This document shows positions 1 to 9,775 of a DNA stretch of 29,065 bases, one piece after another (position 1 is the stretch's first letter; each line of letters begins with the position of its first letter). This DNA comes from a virus (lineage: Duplodnaviria > Caudoviricetes). Both the position numbers and the translations under genes were made by a program. The stretch is from the IMG/VR virus record IMGVR_UViG_3300037501_000184, positions 1 through 29,065 of that record; one strand, written 5' to 3'. Under the pieces are notes generated by a model. It was not told the DNA's origin, did no database searches, and saw only the letters and a list, made by a program, of their open reading frames with translations.

Positions 1-284
1 CGTGAAGTCCGCTTACGCCCGCCGTACTGGAATAACAACGAGCGTGTGGTATGCTGCGAAGTTGGAGACGAATATCATGACACCATCAGTCAACCGTAAG
101 ACCAAAACGCGCACAATACCGCATCCACAGTGGACGCCAGTTGTCTGCTTGCGCTGTGGGCAAACGGATACGTGCAGCCTGAGGTGACATCTTCTTCTCT
201 GCATGGTTCATTCAAAAAGACAGAAGTCAGGGCTGAATTCATGTCCCTGGCTCTGCGATAACCCCATGAAGGGTTGTAACCCTT

Positions 285-956
285 ATGCAATGCAAGGCAA
301 AATCCAAACAATCCGGCAAACAATGCAGGAAAGCCGCCGTCCCCGGCATGGAGGTATGCCGTTTTCACGGCGGTGCGACACCGGTTGGCGCGGCATCCCC
401 GCATTTCAAGCATGGTCGATATTCAAAACACCTGCCGGCTGGCTTGGTTCAGCGATACCATGATGCCAGAAAAGACCCAGACCTTCTTGCTTTACGTGAC
501 GACATATCGCTGATTGATGTCCGACTGGCCAAACTCGTCGAGGCATTGCCGGAAGGCGGAGCCAGTCATTCATGGGGCGAACTACAACAAGCATGGCAGG
601 AATTACTGTCTGCGCAGCGTCGCGGGGATGAAGGTACGATAAAACTTGCCTTTGGGAAATTGGGCGAAATCATTAGTGAAGGTTCGCAAGAAGCGAATGT
701 ATGGTTGAACATCGAAAGAACGCTGGAAACCCGCCGTCGCCTGACCGCCAGCGAAGCGAAACGTCTGACCGACATGCAGCAAGTCATTACTTACGAAAGA
801 GCGATAGCCCTTATCCTTGCCATCGTGGATGTCGTCAGACGGAATGTGCAGGCTTATGAGGAGCAAGGCAGGGTGGCAGACAGGAAACTCATGGCAAGCA
901 TCGGGGCGTCGGTGAGGGGATTGATTTCCTCTGCCCCACCCAGTAAAAATGAATGA
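285..956 (+). CDS. terS: Terminase small subunit (HGGxSTG-like Cys/His N-terminal domain)
   Basis: N-terminus QCKAKSKQSGKQCRKAAVPGMEVCRFHGGATP...KHGRYSK, followed by a helical region. Overlaps the start of terL. Confidence 0.75.
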   Translation: MQCKAKSKQSGKQCRKAAVPGMEVCRFHGGATPVGAASPHFKHGRYSKHLPAGLVQRYHDARKDPDLLALRDDISLIDVRLAKLVEALPEGGASHSWGELQQAWQELLSAQRRGDEGTIKLAFGKLGEIISEGSQEANVWLNIERTLETRRRLTASEAKRLTDMQQVITYERAIALILAIVDVVRRNVQAYEEQGRVADRKLMASIGASVRGLISSAPPSKNE

Positions 957-2511
957 CCATTTACACTTTCCTGTTCCAAATCAAAGTGATTCGTCCCTGG
1001 AGGATGAATTACTTGCTTTGGCGGCTGACGAACTAGACCCCGCCGGAGGCGTAGGAGACGACTACCGGCGTTTTCAAGAAAAATATTTCAACGATTTGTC
1101 AGGCTTTGCAAAAGACTGTATCAGGTGGAATAAAGGGGAAGGGTTGACCGATTACCAAGTCCATGCCATGGACGAACTGGTGCGCCGCCGCCGCATGTCC
1201 CTAAGAGGTCCTCACGGTCTTGGAAAAACTGCCTTTGCCGCCATTACTATTCTGTGGTTCTCACTGACCCGTGACGGCAAAGACTGGAAGATACCTGCCC
1301 TGGCTTCGGCGTGGCGTCAATTGACCAAGTACCTGTTTCCTGAAATTCACAAGTGGCAGCGCCTTTTGAAGTGGGACGTCATCGGCAGGATGCCTTTTTC
1401 CCCCCGCGAACTTCTGCTTCTCAGCTTTAAATTGAAAACCGGCGAAGCCTTTGCGCTTGCATCCGACAACCCTGCATATATCGAAGGAGCACACGCCGAA
1501 CACATGCTGTATGTTTTTGATGAAAGCAAAGCCATCCCGGAGGCAACATGGGACGCCGTCGAAGGTGCATTCTCGACAGGTGAATGTTACTGGCTGGCAA
1601 TCTCGACCCCCGGCAGCATGAGCGGCAGGTTCTACGACATCCATTCCAGGAAAGCGGGGTATGAGGACTGGTCGGTAATTCACGTTACGCTGGCGGACGC
1701 AATCGCGGCGGGTCGTATTCAACCGGAGTGGGCAGAGCAGCGTAAGAAACAATGGGGAGAAACATCGGCAGTCTACATCAACCGTGTTCTTGGTGAGTTT
1801 GCTTCGGACGACACTGATGGAGTTATTCTTTTAGCCGACATCGAACGTTCCAACGAACGTTGGCTGGCAAGACGCGATGCAGGCGATTTCAAGATATGCA
1901 CAGGCTTGGGCGTGGACATCGGTCGTGGTGGAGACAAGTCGGTCATTGCACATGAATATGATGACAATGCCATAGCCGAACTGGAACGCACGAACAGCAG
2001 GAACAGTATGGAACTGGCGGGTAGAACAGCAGGTCTTCTGAGAAGACATATCCAGGCCAAGGCGGTTGTCGACCTTGGGTATGACCCCGGTGTTTACGAC
2101 CGGTTGAAGGAAATGACAGAGATTGCTAATCGCGTGATTTCCTTTGTTGCCGCCGCGCACATAGACACAAAGGACGAGACAGGAGAATTGGGATTTGTGA
2201 ATTTGCGTTCGGCGGCATGGTGGAACTTGCGCGAGTTGTTGAAGAATGACATGTACGACCTGCCTCCTGACGACACATTGACCGGCGACTTGACCACCCC
2301 AACGTGGGTGATAAAAAGTGGCGGAAAAATAGCGGTTGAAAGTAAAGGGGAAACACAAACATTCGGGAAGGGCGTCAAATCAAGACTTGGACGCTCAACG
2401 GATGATGGAGATGCCGTTGTGCAGATTGCCATGAAGGCTTGGCTTGGAAGCGATGATACCTTTGCAGGTATGGGTCATGTGGATAACTTCAAAAGCAGGT
2501 GGGAGGATTGA
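949..2511 (+). CDS. terL: Terminase large subunit
   Basis: Walker A (RGPHGLGKT), Walker B (MLYVFDE), coupling motif (ISTP), RNase H-like nuclease motifs (GLGVDIGRGGDKSVI ... STDDGDA). 520 aa. Confidence 0.93.
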   Translation: MNDHLHFPVPNQSDSSLEDELLALAADELDPAGGVGDDYRRFQEKYFNDLSGFAKDCIRWNKGEGLTDYQVHAMDELVRRRRMSLRGPHGLGKTAFAAITILWFSLTRDGKDWKIPALASAWRQLTKYLFPEIHKWQRLLKWDVIGRMPFSPRELLLLSFKLKTGEAFALASDNPAYIEGAHAEHMLYVFDESKAIPEATWDAVEGAFSTGECYWLAISTPGSMSGRFYDIHSRKAGYEDWSVIHVTLADAIAAGRIQPEWAEQRKKQWGETSAVYINRVLGEFASDDTDGVILLADIERSNERWLARRDAGDFKICTGLGVDIGRGGDKSVIAHEYDDNAIAELERTNSRNSMELAGRTAGLLRRHIQAKAVVDLGYDPGVYDRLKEMTEIANRVISFVAAAHIDTKDETGELGFVNLRSAAWWNLRELLKNDMYDLPPDDTLTGDLTTPTWVIKSGGKIAVESKGETQTFGKGVKSRLGRSTDDGDAVVQIAMKAWLGSDDTFAGMGHVDNFKSRWED

Positions 2512-2622
2512 GGTATAATGTCCGTAAGCACGGTTTCATGCATACGCCCCTGTCCCGGAAGAAAATCCATGACTGCCCGTTAACCGCAGACTGATGCGGA
2601 TGTTGGCAGAAAGAGAGACAAG

Positions 2623-4152
2623 ATGACAATGCCCGCACCAGAACAATCTCGTGAAGTTTCACGGGATAACGGCAAAGGCAGCGAGACACAAGTCCGCATC
2701 GTCTTCAATGAGATGGGGACTTCGGGATTGAAGCAATCGGGAGGCTTTGTCACCGAAGCCTACAATTCTGCCCTTCAATTTCCGCAGGTCATCCCGCTTT
2801 ACACGCGTCTGCGGCAGTCCATGCCTGAAATTGTCATGATACGGCGGGCCTTCTCGGCATGGTCGGGCAACGTCAAGCCGGTCGTCAACCTGCCGGACGA
2901 ACCTGGCGATGATGACAAACGGTATCAGGACTACCTGCAAAGCGAGTTTGAGAATTGGGAAGGCGGATTTCACGACTTCATTGAGCAGTGCGTGAACTAT
3001 GTTCCGTTTATGGGATGGGCATGGTGGGATGTGCAGCCTGCCATCCGCAATCCGAACTGGAAGCCGCCCGACCCCGATGATGAATGGCGGAGCGAACTGG
3101 ATGACGGCTTGATTGGTTTGCGTCGCATTGCATGGCGAGACCATTCCACCTTTCACGGGTGGATATTCGATGACAATAAGCGCGTCAAGGGCATGAGACA
3201 GCACGACTTTCCGAACCCGCCTATTGATTTGCCGTTACAGCATAGCCTGCACATTACTTTTGGCGGGTCACACAACCCGGAAGGTTACTCGCCGCTTGAG
3301 GCGGTCTGGCGTCTGGAACGCATCAAGTACGGTCTGGAAGTCATACAAGGCATGGGCTTCGAGCATGCCGCCGGCCATCTGTCGGTCAAGAAAATCGAAA
3401 AGGGTGACATCTCGGCTGCCGATAAGACCAATGTGGCCAGTGCGGCAAAAGCCATTCTCTCGGCGCAGGAGGGCAATTATGCGATATGGCCGTTTGGGCT
3501 GGACGGCAACGTGGTTGATATTCCGTTTTCAGTGGCGGGAAGTATCCTGGAAGCCATCCGCTACTATGGCATATTGGTTTTGAGCATCTACTCCATGCAA
3601 TTCATCGCTCTCAATACGATGACGCAGACGGGGGCAATGGCAAGCCAGGTGGACAGCACAAACACGGCAGTGTATTCGTTCAACGCCATGCTGGACGGCA
3701 TGGCCAGTCAGTTTGACGACCAGGTCGGCAAGCGGCTGTGGTTGTGGAATAGAAACTCGTTCCCCGGCGCGACCAGGCGGCCGAAAATCACGTTCAGCCA
3801 CATTGAAAATACGCTTGACCTTGGCGCATTGGGATCGTTCTTCTCGACCATCTACGACAAAATGCCGATTGGCATGGACGATTACGAAGCCGTCCGCAGG
3901 CGTGCGGGCTGGATGCCGGAAAAGACGCCTGACGATGCGCTAGAGGAATGGGAGGCGAAGAAAAAGGCGGCGAATGCTGCGCGGGACCGCCTTGCCAGCC
4001 TGCCCAAGAACCCCGATGGCACGCTCAAATCCAATGACAAACAGATGAACGACACTGGTGAGCCGATGAGCGGAGAAGAAGCCAATAGCAAAGCTAGGAA
4101 GACCATCGAACAGGCTTTGAAAGCATACAGCCGTGCAACGAGGTCGTGGTAG
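2623..4152 (+). CDS. Portal protein (DUF935/Mu gp29-like)
   Basis: 509 aa directly after terL. Contains EMGTSGLK, NPEGYSPLEAVW and a charged C-terminal tail typical of this portal class. Confidence 0.8.
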   Translation: MTMPAPEQSREVSRDNGKGSETQVRIVFNEMGTSGLKQSGGFVTEAYNSALQFPQVIPLYTRLRQSMPEIVMIRRAFSAWSGNVKPVVNLPDEPGDDDKRYQDYLQSEFENWEGGFHDFIEQCVNYVPFMGWAWWDVQPAIRNPNWKPPDPDDEWRSELDDGLIGLRRIAWRDHSTFHGWIFDDNKRVKGMRQHDFPNPPIDLPLQHSLHITFGGSHNPEGYSPLEAVWRLERIKYGLEVIQGMGFEHAAGHLSVKKIEKGDISAADKTNVASAAKAILSAQEGNYAIWPFGLDGNVVDIPFSVAGSILEAIRYYGILVLSIYSMQFIALNTMTQTGAMASQVDSTNTAVYSFNAMLDGMASQFDDQVGKRLWLWNRNSFPGATRRPKITFSHIENTLDLGALGSFFSTIYDKMPIGMDDYEAVRRRAGWMPEKTPDDALEEWEAKKKAANAARDRLASLPKNPDGTLKSNDKQMNDTGEPMSGEEANSKARKTIEQALKAYSRATRSW

Positions 4153-4845
4153 ATGAACATGGACCTGATTGACAGAACTGCCGGACGCCATGACCTGCCA
4201 GACAAGGCAGTCTCAGTAGAACTTGAGCATCATCGTCGTATTCTTGAACTTGCCGATTTGTGGTACTATTCCGACATTCGCAAGACCTATTGGGGGCAAG
4301 TCTATGACGCCATTTATGGATTCCTCTCTGGAGAGTCCGCCATAACCAAGTCCAAGAATGGGATGAAGAAGGCCATGGCGGACGCTTTCCTGAACGCCTC
4401 CGAGCAGGCATGGGAGGATGGCGGGGCGGAACTGCCGATAGACGATGAAGACGCGATTGCCTATATCAGCGGCGTACAGGCAGGCGAACTCGGCTACATT
4501 GCCGACCTGTTTGCCAGTCTCATTCTGCTCCGCAAGGAGTTGAAGGAGATGGCTCCGTTCTCGGCGCAGGAGACCGCCGCCAACCGTGCAGACGGTTATA
4601 CCCAAACGCTCGACATGGTGTATGCCAAGGTGAAACTTCTCGCCAAACCAAACGTCATGTTGACGTTCGCCGGCATTGACGGCGGCGAGAGTTGTTCCGA
4701 CTGTTCTCGTCTTAAAGGCAAGCGCCACCGCGCCAAGTGGTGGGTCGCCCATGATGCCGTGCCGCCATCTCGTCACTTTGAGTGCAGGGGCTATCGGTGT
4801 GAGCATCATTTAGTCGACGATGATGGTAATTTGTACACCATTTAA
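4153..4845 (+). CDS. Minor head/head morphogenesis protein (MuF-like)
   Basis: Follows the portal. C-terminal Cys/His pattern ESCSDC...FECRGYRCEH. Confidence 0.6.
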   Translation: MNMDLIDRTAGRHDLPDKAVSVELEHHRRILELADLWYYSDIRKTYWGQVYDAIYGFLSGESAITKSKNGMKKAMADAFLNASEQAWEDGGAELPIDDEDAIAYISGVQAGELGYIADLFASLILLRKELKEMAPFSAQETAANRADGYTQTLDMVYAKVKLLAKPNVMLTFAGIDGGESCSDCSRLKGKRHRAKWWVAHDAVPPSRHFECRGYRCEHHLVDDDGNLYTI

Positions 4846-4864
4846 AAGATAATTTTGATGTTTT

Positions 4865-5077
4865 ATGAATGACAAAAACTTTCAAGACAAAGGTGTGTCT
4901 CCACGGGCATTGACGATTGCCAAGATGATTGACCGATTGCCGCCGGGCAGGTACGGTATCGAGTTGTTTCGCCCTGCCAGCCCGACTGAGCGGTGGGAGG
5001 TCACCATCACGCAGTCAACGGTTGTCACGGTTAGGAAGGCGGCCTTGGGACAAAAGGACGAGCCTGCCAGCCCTTGA
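4865..5077 (+). CDS. Hypothetical protein (70 aa)
   Basis: Fills the gap between the minor head gene and the head-operon promoter. No motif recognised. Confidence 0.55.
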   Translation: MNDKNFQDKGVSPRALTIAKMIDRLPPGRYGIELFRPASPTERWEVTITQSTVVTVRKAALGQKDEPASP

Positions 5078-5101
5078 CTTTTGATCGAAAATGGCTATAC
5101 T
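5074..5101 (+). promoter_or_regulatory. Sigma70-type promoter for the head operon
   Basis: TTGACT (5074-5079), 16-nt spacer, TATACT (5096-5101). Confidence 0.65.
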
Positions 5102-5172
5102 GTGGAAACAAATGCGCCCCGTCCTTGTTGATACTGGACGGCAAAGCGCAGGACAGTGTGCCTCGTATGACC

Positions 5173-5209
5173 GGCCGCTGAACCATAACGGTTCAGCGGC
5201 CAATTTGTT
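5173..5209 (+). terminator. Strong hairpin in the head-operon leader (terminator/attenuator-like)
   Basis: Perfect 12-bp stem GGCCGCTGAACC/GGTTCAGCGGCC with a 5-nt loop, followed by AATTTGTT and then the GGAG SD. Confidence 0.5.
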
Positions 5210-5217
5210 GGAGTGCA

Positions 5218-6363
5218 GTGCAGGCAGTTGACTTTTCGTTCACAGACCTTATGGCGGAGTTCCAACACCTGTCGTCCATTGACGGCATGGCGGCCGGTTC
5301 GTTTACCGCCATGAACGGAAAAAAGGTTGTGTTCAAGAAGGAAGAACTGAAGACCTACATTGACAACACGCTCTTAATCCTTGAAAGTACGAAAGACAGC
5401 AAGGGCAACGTGGTCGGACTGCCGATTGACCTTGACGGGCATGACCACAAGGGCGGGGCCGGCTGGATAGTCGGCTTTGAACTGGACGAAGTGCGCGGGG
5501 TCATCAAATTCCTTGTGAACTGGACGACCGAAGGCGTCAAGCGCATCAAGGAAAATCTCTCCCGGTTTTTCTCTCCGTCGATTGATGCGGAGAATAAGAC
5601 AATTTTGGGTGGTTCGCTGACCAATTGGCCGGCGACCCGCAGCCAACGGGGTCAAATCCTACTGCGCCCTGTTGAGTTATCACAATCCATAAAGGAGTTG
5701 AACATGGGTGAAGAACAGAAAGACATTCTCACCGTTTTACGCGAAGGTTTCGGTCAAATTGGAGACTTCATTCGCGGTAATAAGACGGAAGAGAAGCCCC
5801 TCTTCGACGATGGTGCTGGTGACAAAGGCAAAAAGGTCGAATTGACGGAAGCAGAGAAGCAGGAACTCAAGGACAAATACCTTGCCGAACTCTCGACGCA
5901 GAATTTGTCGGTTGCCGAACTGCTCAAGTCGCCCGCCGTCGTGCAGGAACTAGCTCGGCAGGCGGACGCTCTCGCCAAGGAACGCTTGAACATGGAAATG
6001 CGCAAGCGCCGGGCGATTGAGTTTGCCGCCGAGATGACCGGCGGGTCGGAAAACAGCCCATACGGGCTTGCCATTCCCGCCGAGGATTTGGTTTCGCTGA
6101 TGCTGTCTCTTACGGAGGCGCAGATGCAGGCGGTTGAAAAAATCTTGCGGACTGTCCGCCTGGGAGCGATTGACTTCTCGCGGCATGGCGTGGACGGAGT
6201 GTATCCTGTCAAGCCCAAACTGCCCGAACCGATTGCCGCGCTCGCCCGCCAATGGGTCAGGTCTGGCAAGGACATCGATGAATTCATGCAGGTCAATTCC
6301 GAAGAACTTGGCGACCCCCGCCAGTATGACTTGAGCGAGTTCCGTAGAAAGAACAAGGAGTAA
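5218..6363 (+). CDS. Mu gpI-like prohead protease/scaffold protein
   Basis: GTG start with GGAG SD. Motifs LPIDLDGHDH, AGWI, VNWT..G, RFFSPSI and SLTNWPA match the Mu gpI protease pattern. C-terminal half is charged and helical. Confidence 0.8.
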   Translation: MQAVDFSFTDLMAEFQHLSSIDGMAAGSFTAMNGKKVVFKKEELKTYIDNTLLILESTKDSKGNVVGLPIDLDGHDHKGGAGWIVGFELDEVRGVIKFLVNWTTEGVKRIKENLSRFFSPSIDAENKTILGGSLTNWPATRSQRGQILLRPVELSQSIKELNMGEEQKDILTVLREGFGQIGDFIRGNKTEEKPLFDDGAGDKGKKVELTEAEKQELKDKYLAELSTQNLSVAELLKSPAVVQELARQADALAKERLNMEMRKRRAIEFAAEMTGGSENSPYGLAIPAEDLVSLMLSLTEAQMQAVEKILRTVRLGAIDFSRHGVDGVYPVKPKLPEPIAALARQWVRSGKDIDEFMQVNSEELGDPRQYDLSEFRRKNKE

Positions 6364-6366
6364 GAC

Positions 6367-6825
6367 ATGGCTGACCTTACCAAAGATGCCCCGCTTCGCT
6401 TCCTTGGCGAAGTTGTCACCCAACGCTTCAACATTGACACCTCTGCTGCCCGAACGTTCTTCAAAGGGCAGCCCGTCATTGTTGACCAGAGTGTTGACGC
6501 CACCGGCAACGTCGTGCAGTTTGTGGACAGTGTTGTTGTTGACCCTACCGATGTATTTGTCGGCATTGCCGCCGAGAGCAAAACTGTTGCGTCCGGTGAC
6601 CCGGAGACTACGGAAATTGAGTGCTATGTCGGTCCGACCATCGTCGGCTTCAAGTCGTCTGTATTCACCAATGGTGCAGACCTCGGCAAGACCGTCTATA
6701 TGAGCGACAGCGGTACGTTGTCGACGACCGTCGCAGACAACCCGCAAATTGGAAAGTTGCACCTTGTCCGTGACGGGTATGCCTATGTCGAACTTGTCAC
6801 GCCGCAGATTTGCTCAGGCGCGTAA
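6367..6825 (+). CDS. Capsid decoration/cement protein
   Basis: Between protease and major capsid. FVGIAAE and DLGKTVYMSDSGT...IGK pattern; AAGGAG SD. Confidence 0.65.
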   Translation: MADLTKDAPLRFLGEVVTQRFNIDTSAARTFFKGQPVIVDQSVDATGNVVQFVDSVVVDPTDVFVGIAAESKTVASGDPETTEIECYVGPTIVGFKSSVFTNGADLGKTVYMSDSGTLSTTVADNPQIGKLHLVRDGYAYVELVTPQICSGA

Positions 6826-6837
6826 GGAGAGTAAACC

Positions 6838-7734
6838 ATGATTTCAGGTAACGTCCCCACCCATCTTCTTGTTGCCGCCCGTACTGGTTTCCTGGAGACA
6901 TCCTCGAACCCTGACCCGGCGTATGCACCCATTGCCGAAGTCATTAACATGACGGCAAAGTCCATCGACCTTGTCGACCTCGGCTCGGCTCCCATGCCGT
7001 CCCGTAATCGCGGTAAGCCGACCTTGCGCGACTTCATCGAGCGCAAGATGACCGTTACCCCGCTGGATTGGGACATCACGGTTGGCATCTCCCACAATGC
7101 CGTGCGTGACGACCAGACCGGCACGCTTGACCGCAAAGTCCGCAATGCCGGCGCAAACTTCCAGCGGCACATTGCACAGCAGGCGTTTAAGGCGTTGAAC
7201 GATGGCGATGGCACTAATTTTGGGTTATGTTACGACGGCTTGTCTTTTTTCAACGACAGTCATGTTGACAAGGGAGCGGAATATGCAACGGTGCAGGACA
7301 ACAAGTACGCCCTGCCATTGAGCATTGACAACTTCGAGACCGTGCGCGTCGCCGCCAGCGTCTTCCGCGACGACCAGGGCGAGTTCATCAACTACAATTT
7401 TAATACGCTGATCGTCCCGCCCGCGCTGGAACGCATCGGCCGCAATATTGTCGGCAACCCGCAGGCATACGACACTGCCAACCGCGAAATCAACCCGTAT
7501 GCCGGCGTGACCAACCTGATTGTCCATCCGAACCTTGACAGTACAGCATGGATTTTGACCGCAGGCGGTCAGCCGACCAAGCCCATCATCATCGCTATCC
7601 GTGAACAGCCCAACCTGCAAAGTGCGTGGTTTGATCCGCTTGCTGATGACGGCGGCATGTACTACTTCAAGTTCTACGCCCGCTACAATCACTTCTACGG
7701 TGATTGGCGCACTGCCATTATGGGCAACACCTAG
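6838..7734 (+). CDS. Major capsid protein (Mu gpT-like)
   Basis: 298 aa. Motifs WDITVGI...VRDDQTG, CYDGLSFFNDSH, LIVPPALE, TKPII and YGDWRTA are typical of Mu-like major head subunits; AGGAG SD. Confidence 0.88.
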   Translation: MISGNVPTHLLVAARTGFLETSSNPDPAYAPIAEVINMTAKSIDLVDLGSAPMPSRNRGKPTLRDFIERKMTVTPLDWDITVGISHNAVRDDQTGTLDRKVRNAGANFQRHIAQQAFKALNDGDGTNFGLCYDGLSFFNDSHVDKGAEYATVQDNKYALPLSIDNFETVRVAASVFRDDQGEFINYNFNTLIVPPALERIGRNIVGNPQAYDTANREINPYAGVTNLIVHPNLDSTAWILTAGGQPTKPIIIAIREQPNLQSAWFDPLADDGGMYYFKFYARYNHFYGDWRTAIMGNT

Positions 7735-7742
7735 GAGGTGAG

Positions 7743-8108
7743 ATGTCTGACAAAACCGACCTGACCGGTCTGCGCATCAACGGGTACGACTGTTTTGACC
7801 CTTCCGCAACGACCGCCGCCGCCGATGGAGCCATCACGGCAAAGTCTGGTGTGGTTGCCATCACCAAGTCCGGTGTCGCCGCCTTGACGCTCGCCAACCC
7901 GACTGCCGGCACGGATGACTTCAAGATACTTCGCATCTTGTCCACGACAGCCAATGCGCACACCGTCACATGTACGGGCGGCTTTGGTGAAGGCGGAGCG
8001 CTCTATGATGTAGCGACTTTCGCCGCCGCGAAAGGCGCGGCGCTGAACCTGATGGCGTATCAAGGCTTTTGGTATGTCATTGGTGCGCATGCTGTGACTA
8101 TCGCGTAA
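7743..8108 (+). CDS. Putative virion structural protein (Ala/Thr-rich, beta-rich)
   Basis: AGGAGG SD before ATG 7743, which is preferred over the ORF-track start at 7704. Follows the capsid gene. Confidence 0.6.
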   Translation: MSDKTDLTGLRINGYDCFDPSATTAAADGAITAKSGVVAITKSGVAALTLANPTAGTDDFKILRILSTTANAHTVTCTGGFGEGGALYDVATFAAAKGAALNLMAYQGFWYVIGAHAVTIA

Positions 8109-8130
8109 ACGAGTGATGCAGCAAGCCCAA

Positions 8131-8160
8131 ACAGGGCGGGCGATTGTCTGCCCGCCCTGT
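8131..8160 (+). terminator. GC-rich intergenic hairpin after the capsid cluster
   Basis: ACAGGGCGGGC / GCCCGCCCTGT 11-bp inverted repeat. The U-tract is weak, so it may be a leaky terminator or an mRNA stabiliser. Confidence 0.45.
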
Positions 8161-8178
8161 ATCATTGATGAAGGAGAT

Positions 8179-8496
8179 ATGATGCAAGCACGTGTGAAAC
8201 AGGATTTTCGATGGAATACCGTCATTGCCTTTAGCGGCGTCGAGTTTATCAAGGCTGAATGGCGTAACGTTCCGCCCGGCAAGGAGCGGGATGCAGAAAA
8301 CCATCCGTTCCTCGAGGTGAAAGATGTCAAGCCTGCCTCGCAGGTTCTACTCGAAAAGATGGTGGAAGAAACCGTCGTGCCGACCATTTCCGTAAATCTT
8401 CACGAGGAAGAGGCTGCCGCCGATGATGATGTGGAACGGGAGGCGGAGCCGGAAATAATCAAGAAGACCCGACGCTCCTATTCAAAGAAGGAGTGA
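8179..8496 (+). CDS. Hypothetical protein with an acidic then basic C-terminal tail
   Basis: AAGGAG SD before ATG 8179/8182. Occupies the usual post-capsid small-gene slot. Confidence 0.6.
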   Translation: MMQARVKQDFRWNTVIAFSGVEFIKAEWRNVPPGKERDAENHPFLEVKDVKPASQVLLEKMVEETVVPTISVNLHEEEAAADDDVEREAEPEIIKKTRRSYSKKE

Positions 8497-8498
8497 CC

Positions 8499-8876
8499 AT
8501 GAATTTCGTTGGACCGCTTCAAACGTCTGCCGCAGCCGGCGGAGCGGGCGCGGCGACTGCCACAATTACATCCAGCACGTCCATACGAGGGCGTGTGACA
8601 GGCGTCTATATCAAGTACCTTGACGCCCCACCTGGTACGACCGATGTCGTCGTGGAAACCGCCGGGGTGAATCATCCTGCCATGACTATTCTGTCAATTG
8701 CCAATGCCGCAACGGACGGCTGGTTTTTTCCAAAGACCGCCAGCCATTTGAATTCCAGCGGCGCGGCGATTTCCAATGAATATCAGACTGGCGTTCCCGT
8801 TCACGATGCCGTCAAAGTCACCATTTCGCAGGCGAATGACAATGACGGCGTCCAAGTCTGGCTTCTGGTGGAGTGA
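8499..8876 (+). CDS. Putative virion structural protein
   Basis: AAGGAG SD; ATG 8499 (alternative GTG 8493). Beta-rich composition. Confidence 0.6.
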   Translation: MNFVGPLQTSAAAGGAGAATATITSSTSIRGRVTGVYIKYLDAPPGTTDVVVETAGVNHPAMTILSIANAATDGWFFPKTASHLNSSGAAISNEYQTGVPVHDAVKVTISQANDNDGVQVWLLVE

Positions 8877-8879
8877 GCC

Positions 8880-9356
8880 ATGTACGGCAGTCCTTCCGGC
8901 GTGGCCGCCTATTGCAGGTTCTTGACGAACTCCGGCGTGTTCACGTCTTCGACGAACCCGACGCTTGCGAACGTTGAAACCTGGCTGAAACAGGTCAGCG
9001 TCATGTTGGACAGTGCGATGAACATTCAAGGCTTCATCACGCCTTTGAAAAGCACTGAGGCGGTGGAAGCCGCCAGCCTGATAGTCGAGCAGATTGTGGC
9101 AGATATGTCAAAGGGTGCGAACTCGACCGGGCGTTTCTTTTCGGAAAAAACGTTGAATAGTGGTGTGTCCATGTGGCAGATGATAGCGGAAGACCTTGCC
9201 GCATGGGTCGAGACAATGGCTCCGGGTTTGGAACAAATGGGCGTCGAACGTGGAGACACGAACTTGAACGCGATTGGCTATCAGGATGAAGCCTTCCCCA
9301 TCTTTCAGCGCGATGGTTTCGGCAATGCATTTACCGACTGGAAGGCCAGGAGATGA
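8880..9356 (+). CDS. Putative head-tail adaptor
   Basis: Starts MYGSPSGV and is helical. Position and N-terminal pattern match gp6/gp15/gp36-like adaptors. Confidence 0.55.
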   Translation: MYGSPSGVAAYCRFLTNSGVFTSSTNPTLANVETWLKQVSVMLDSAMNIQGFITPLKSTEAVEAASLIVEQIVADMSKGANSTGRFFSEKTLNSGVSMWQMIAEDLAAWVETMAPGLEQMGVERGDTNLNAIGYQDEAFPIFQRDGFGNAFTDWKARR

Positions 9357-9775
9357 CGCGCATCTATGTTACGGTTGTCAACGGCGAACTGGTTCGGCAA
9401 GGCCTACAGGACTTGCAGGCGGCAATACCGAAAATTGGGCGCAATGTCATCTATGAAAAGATGAATGTCATTGCGCAGTCGATGCGCAAGTATCCGCCGC
9501 CGCCGGCAGGCTCCCGATACGTTAGGACGTACCGGCTTCGTGAAAGCGTCAAGGTCTTGCGACTTGACAACGGCCATGCCGTTAACATCGACCCCGTCCG
9601 GCGCGGCAGGCATTATGGCAAGTATGTCGTCGGCAACGCCAAGGGCGAGGAGCAGGCATGGATGCACGTTGGACGCTGGCATTTGTTCGCCAATGTGGTC
9701 CAGTACCATCTGCGCCGCCTGCCGGACGACATTGAACAGTTCCTGCGCCAGTCGGGACGCAGGTTGACAAGATGA
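9353..9775 (+). CDS. Putative tail completion/neck protein (HK97 gp10-like)
   Basis: Basic protein with YVRTYRLRES (RTG.L..S-like) and YGKYVVG. ATGA overlap with the upstream gene. Confidence 0.55.
   Translation: MTRIYVTVVNGELVRQGLQDLQAAIPKIGRNVIYEKMNVIAQSMRKYPPPPAGSRYVRTYRLRESVKVLRLDNGHAVNIDPVRRGRHYGKYVVGNAKGEEQAWMHVGRWHLFANVVQYHLRRLPDDIEQFLRQSGRRLTR

Noticed and set aside
1-284. Short ORFs at the window start (e.g. 77-187 with CxxC)
   Set aside because: They are truncated or very short with conflicting frames, and cannot be supported.
2514-2519. TATAAT upstream of the portal gene
   Set aside because: No -35 at suitable spacing and no TGn extension, so support is insufficient.
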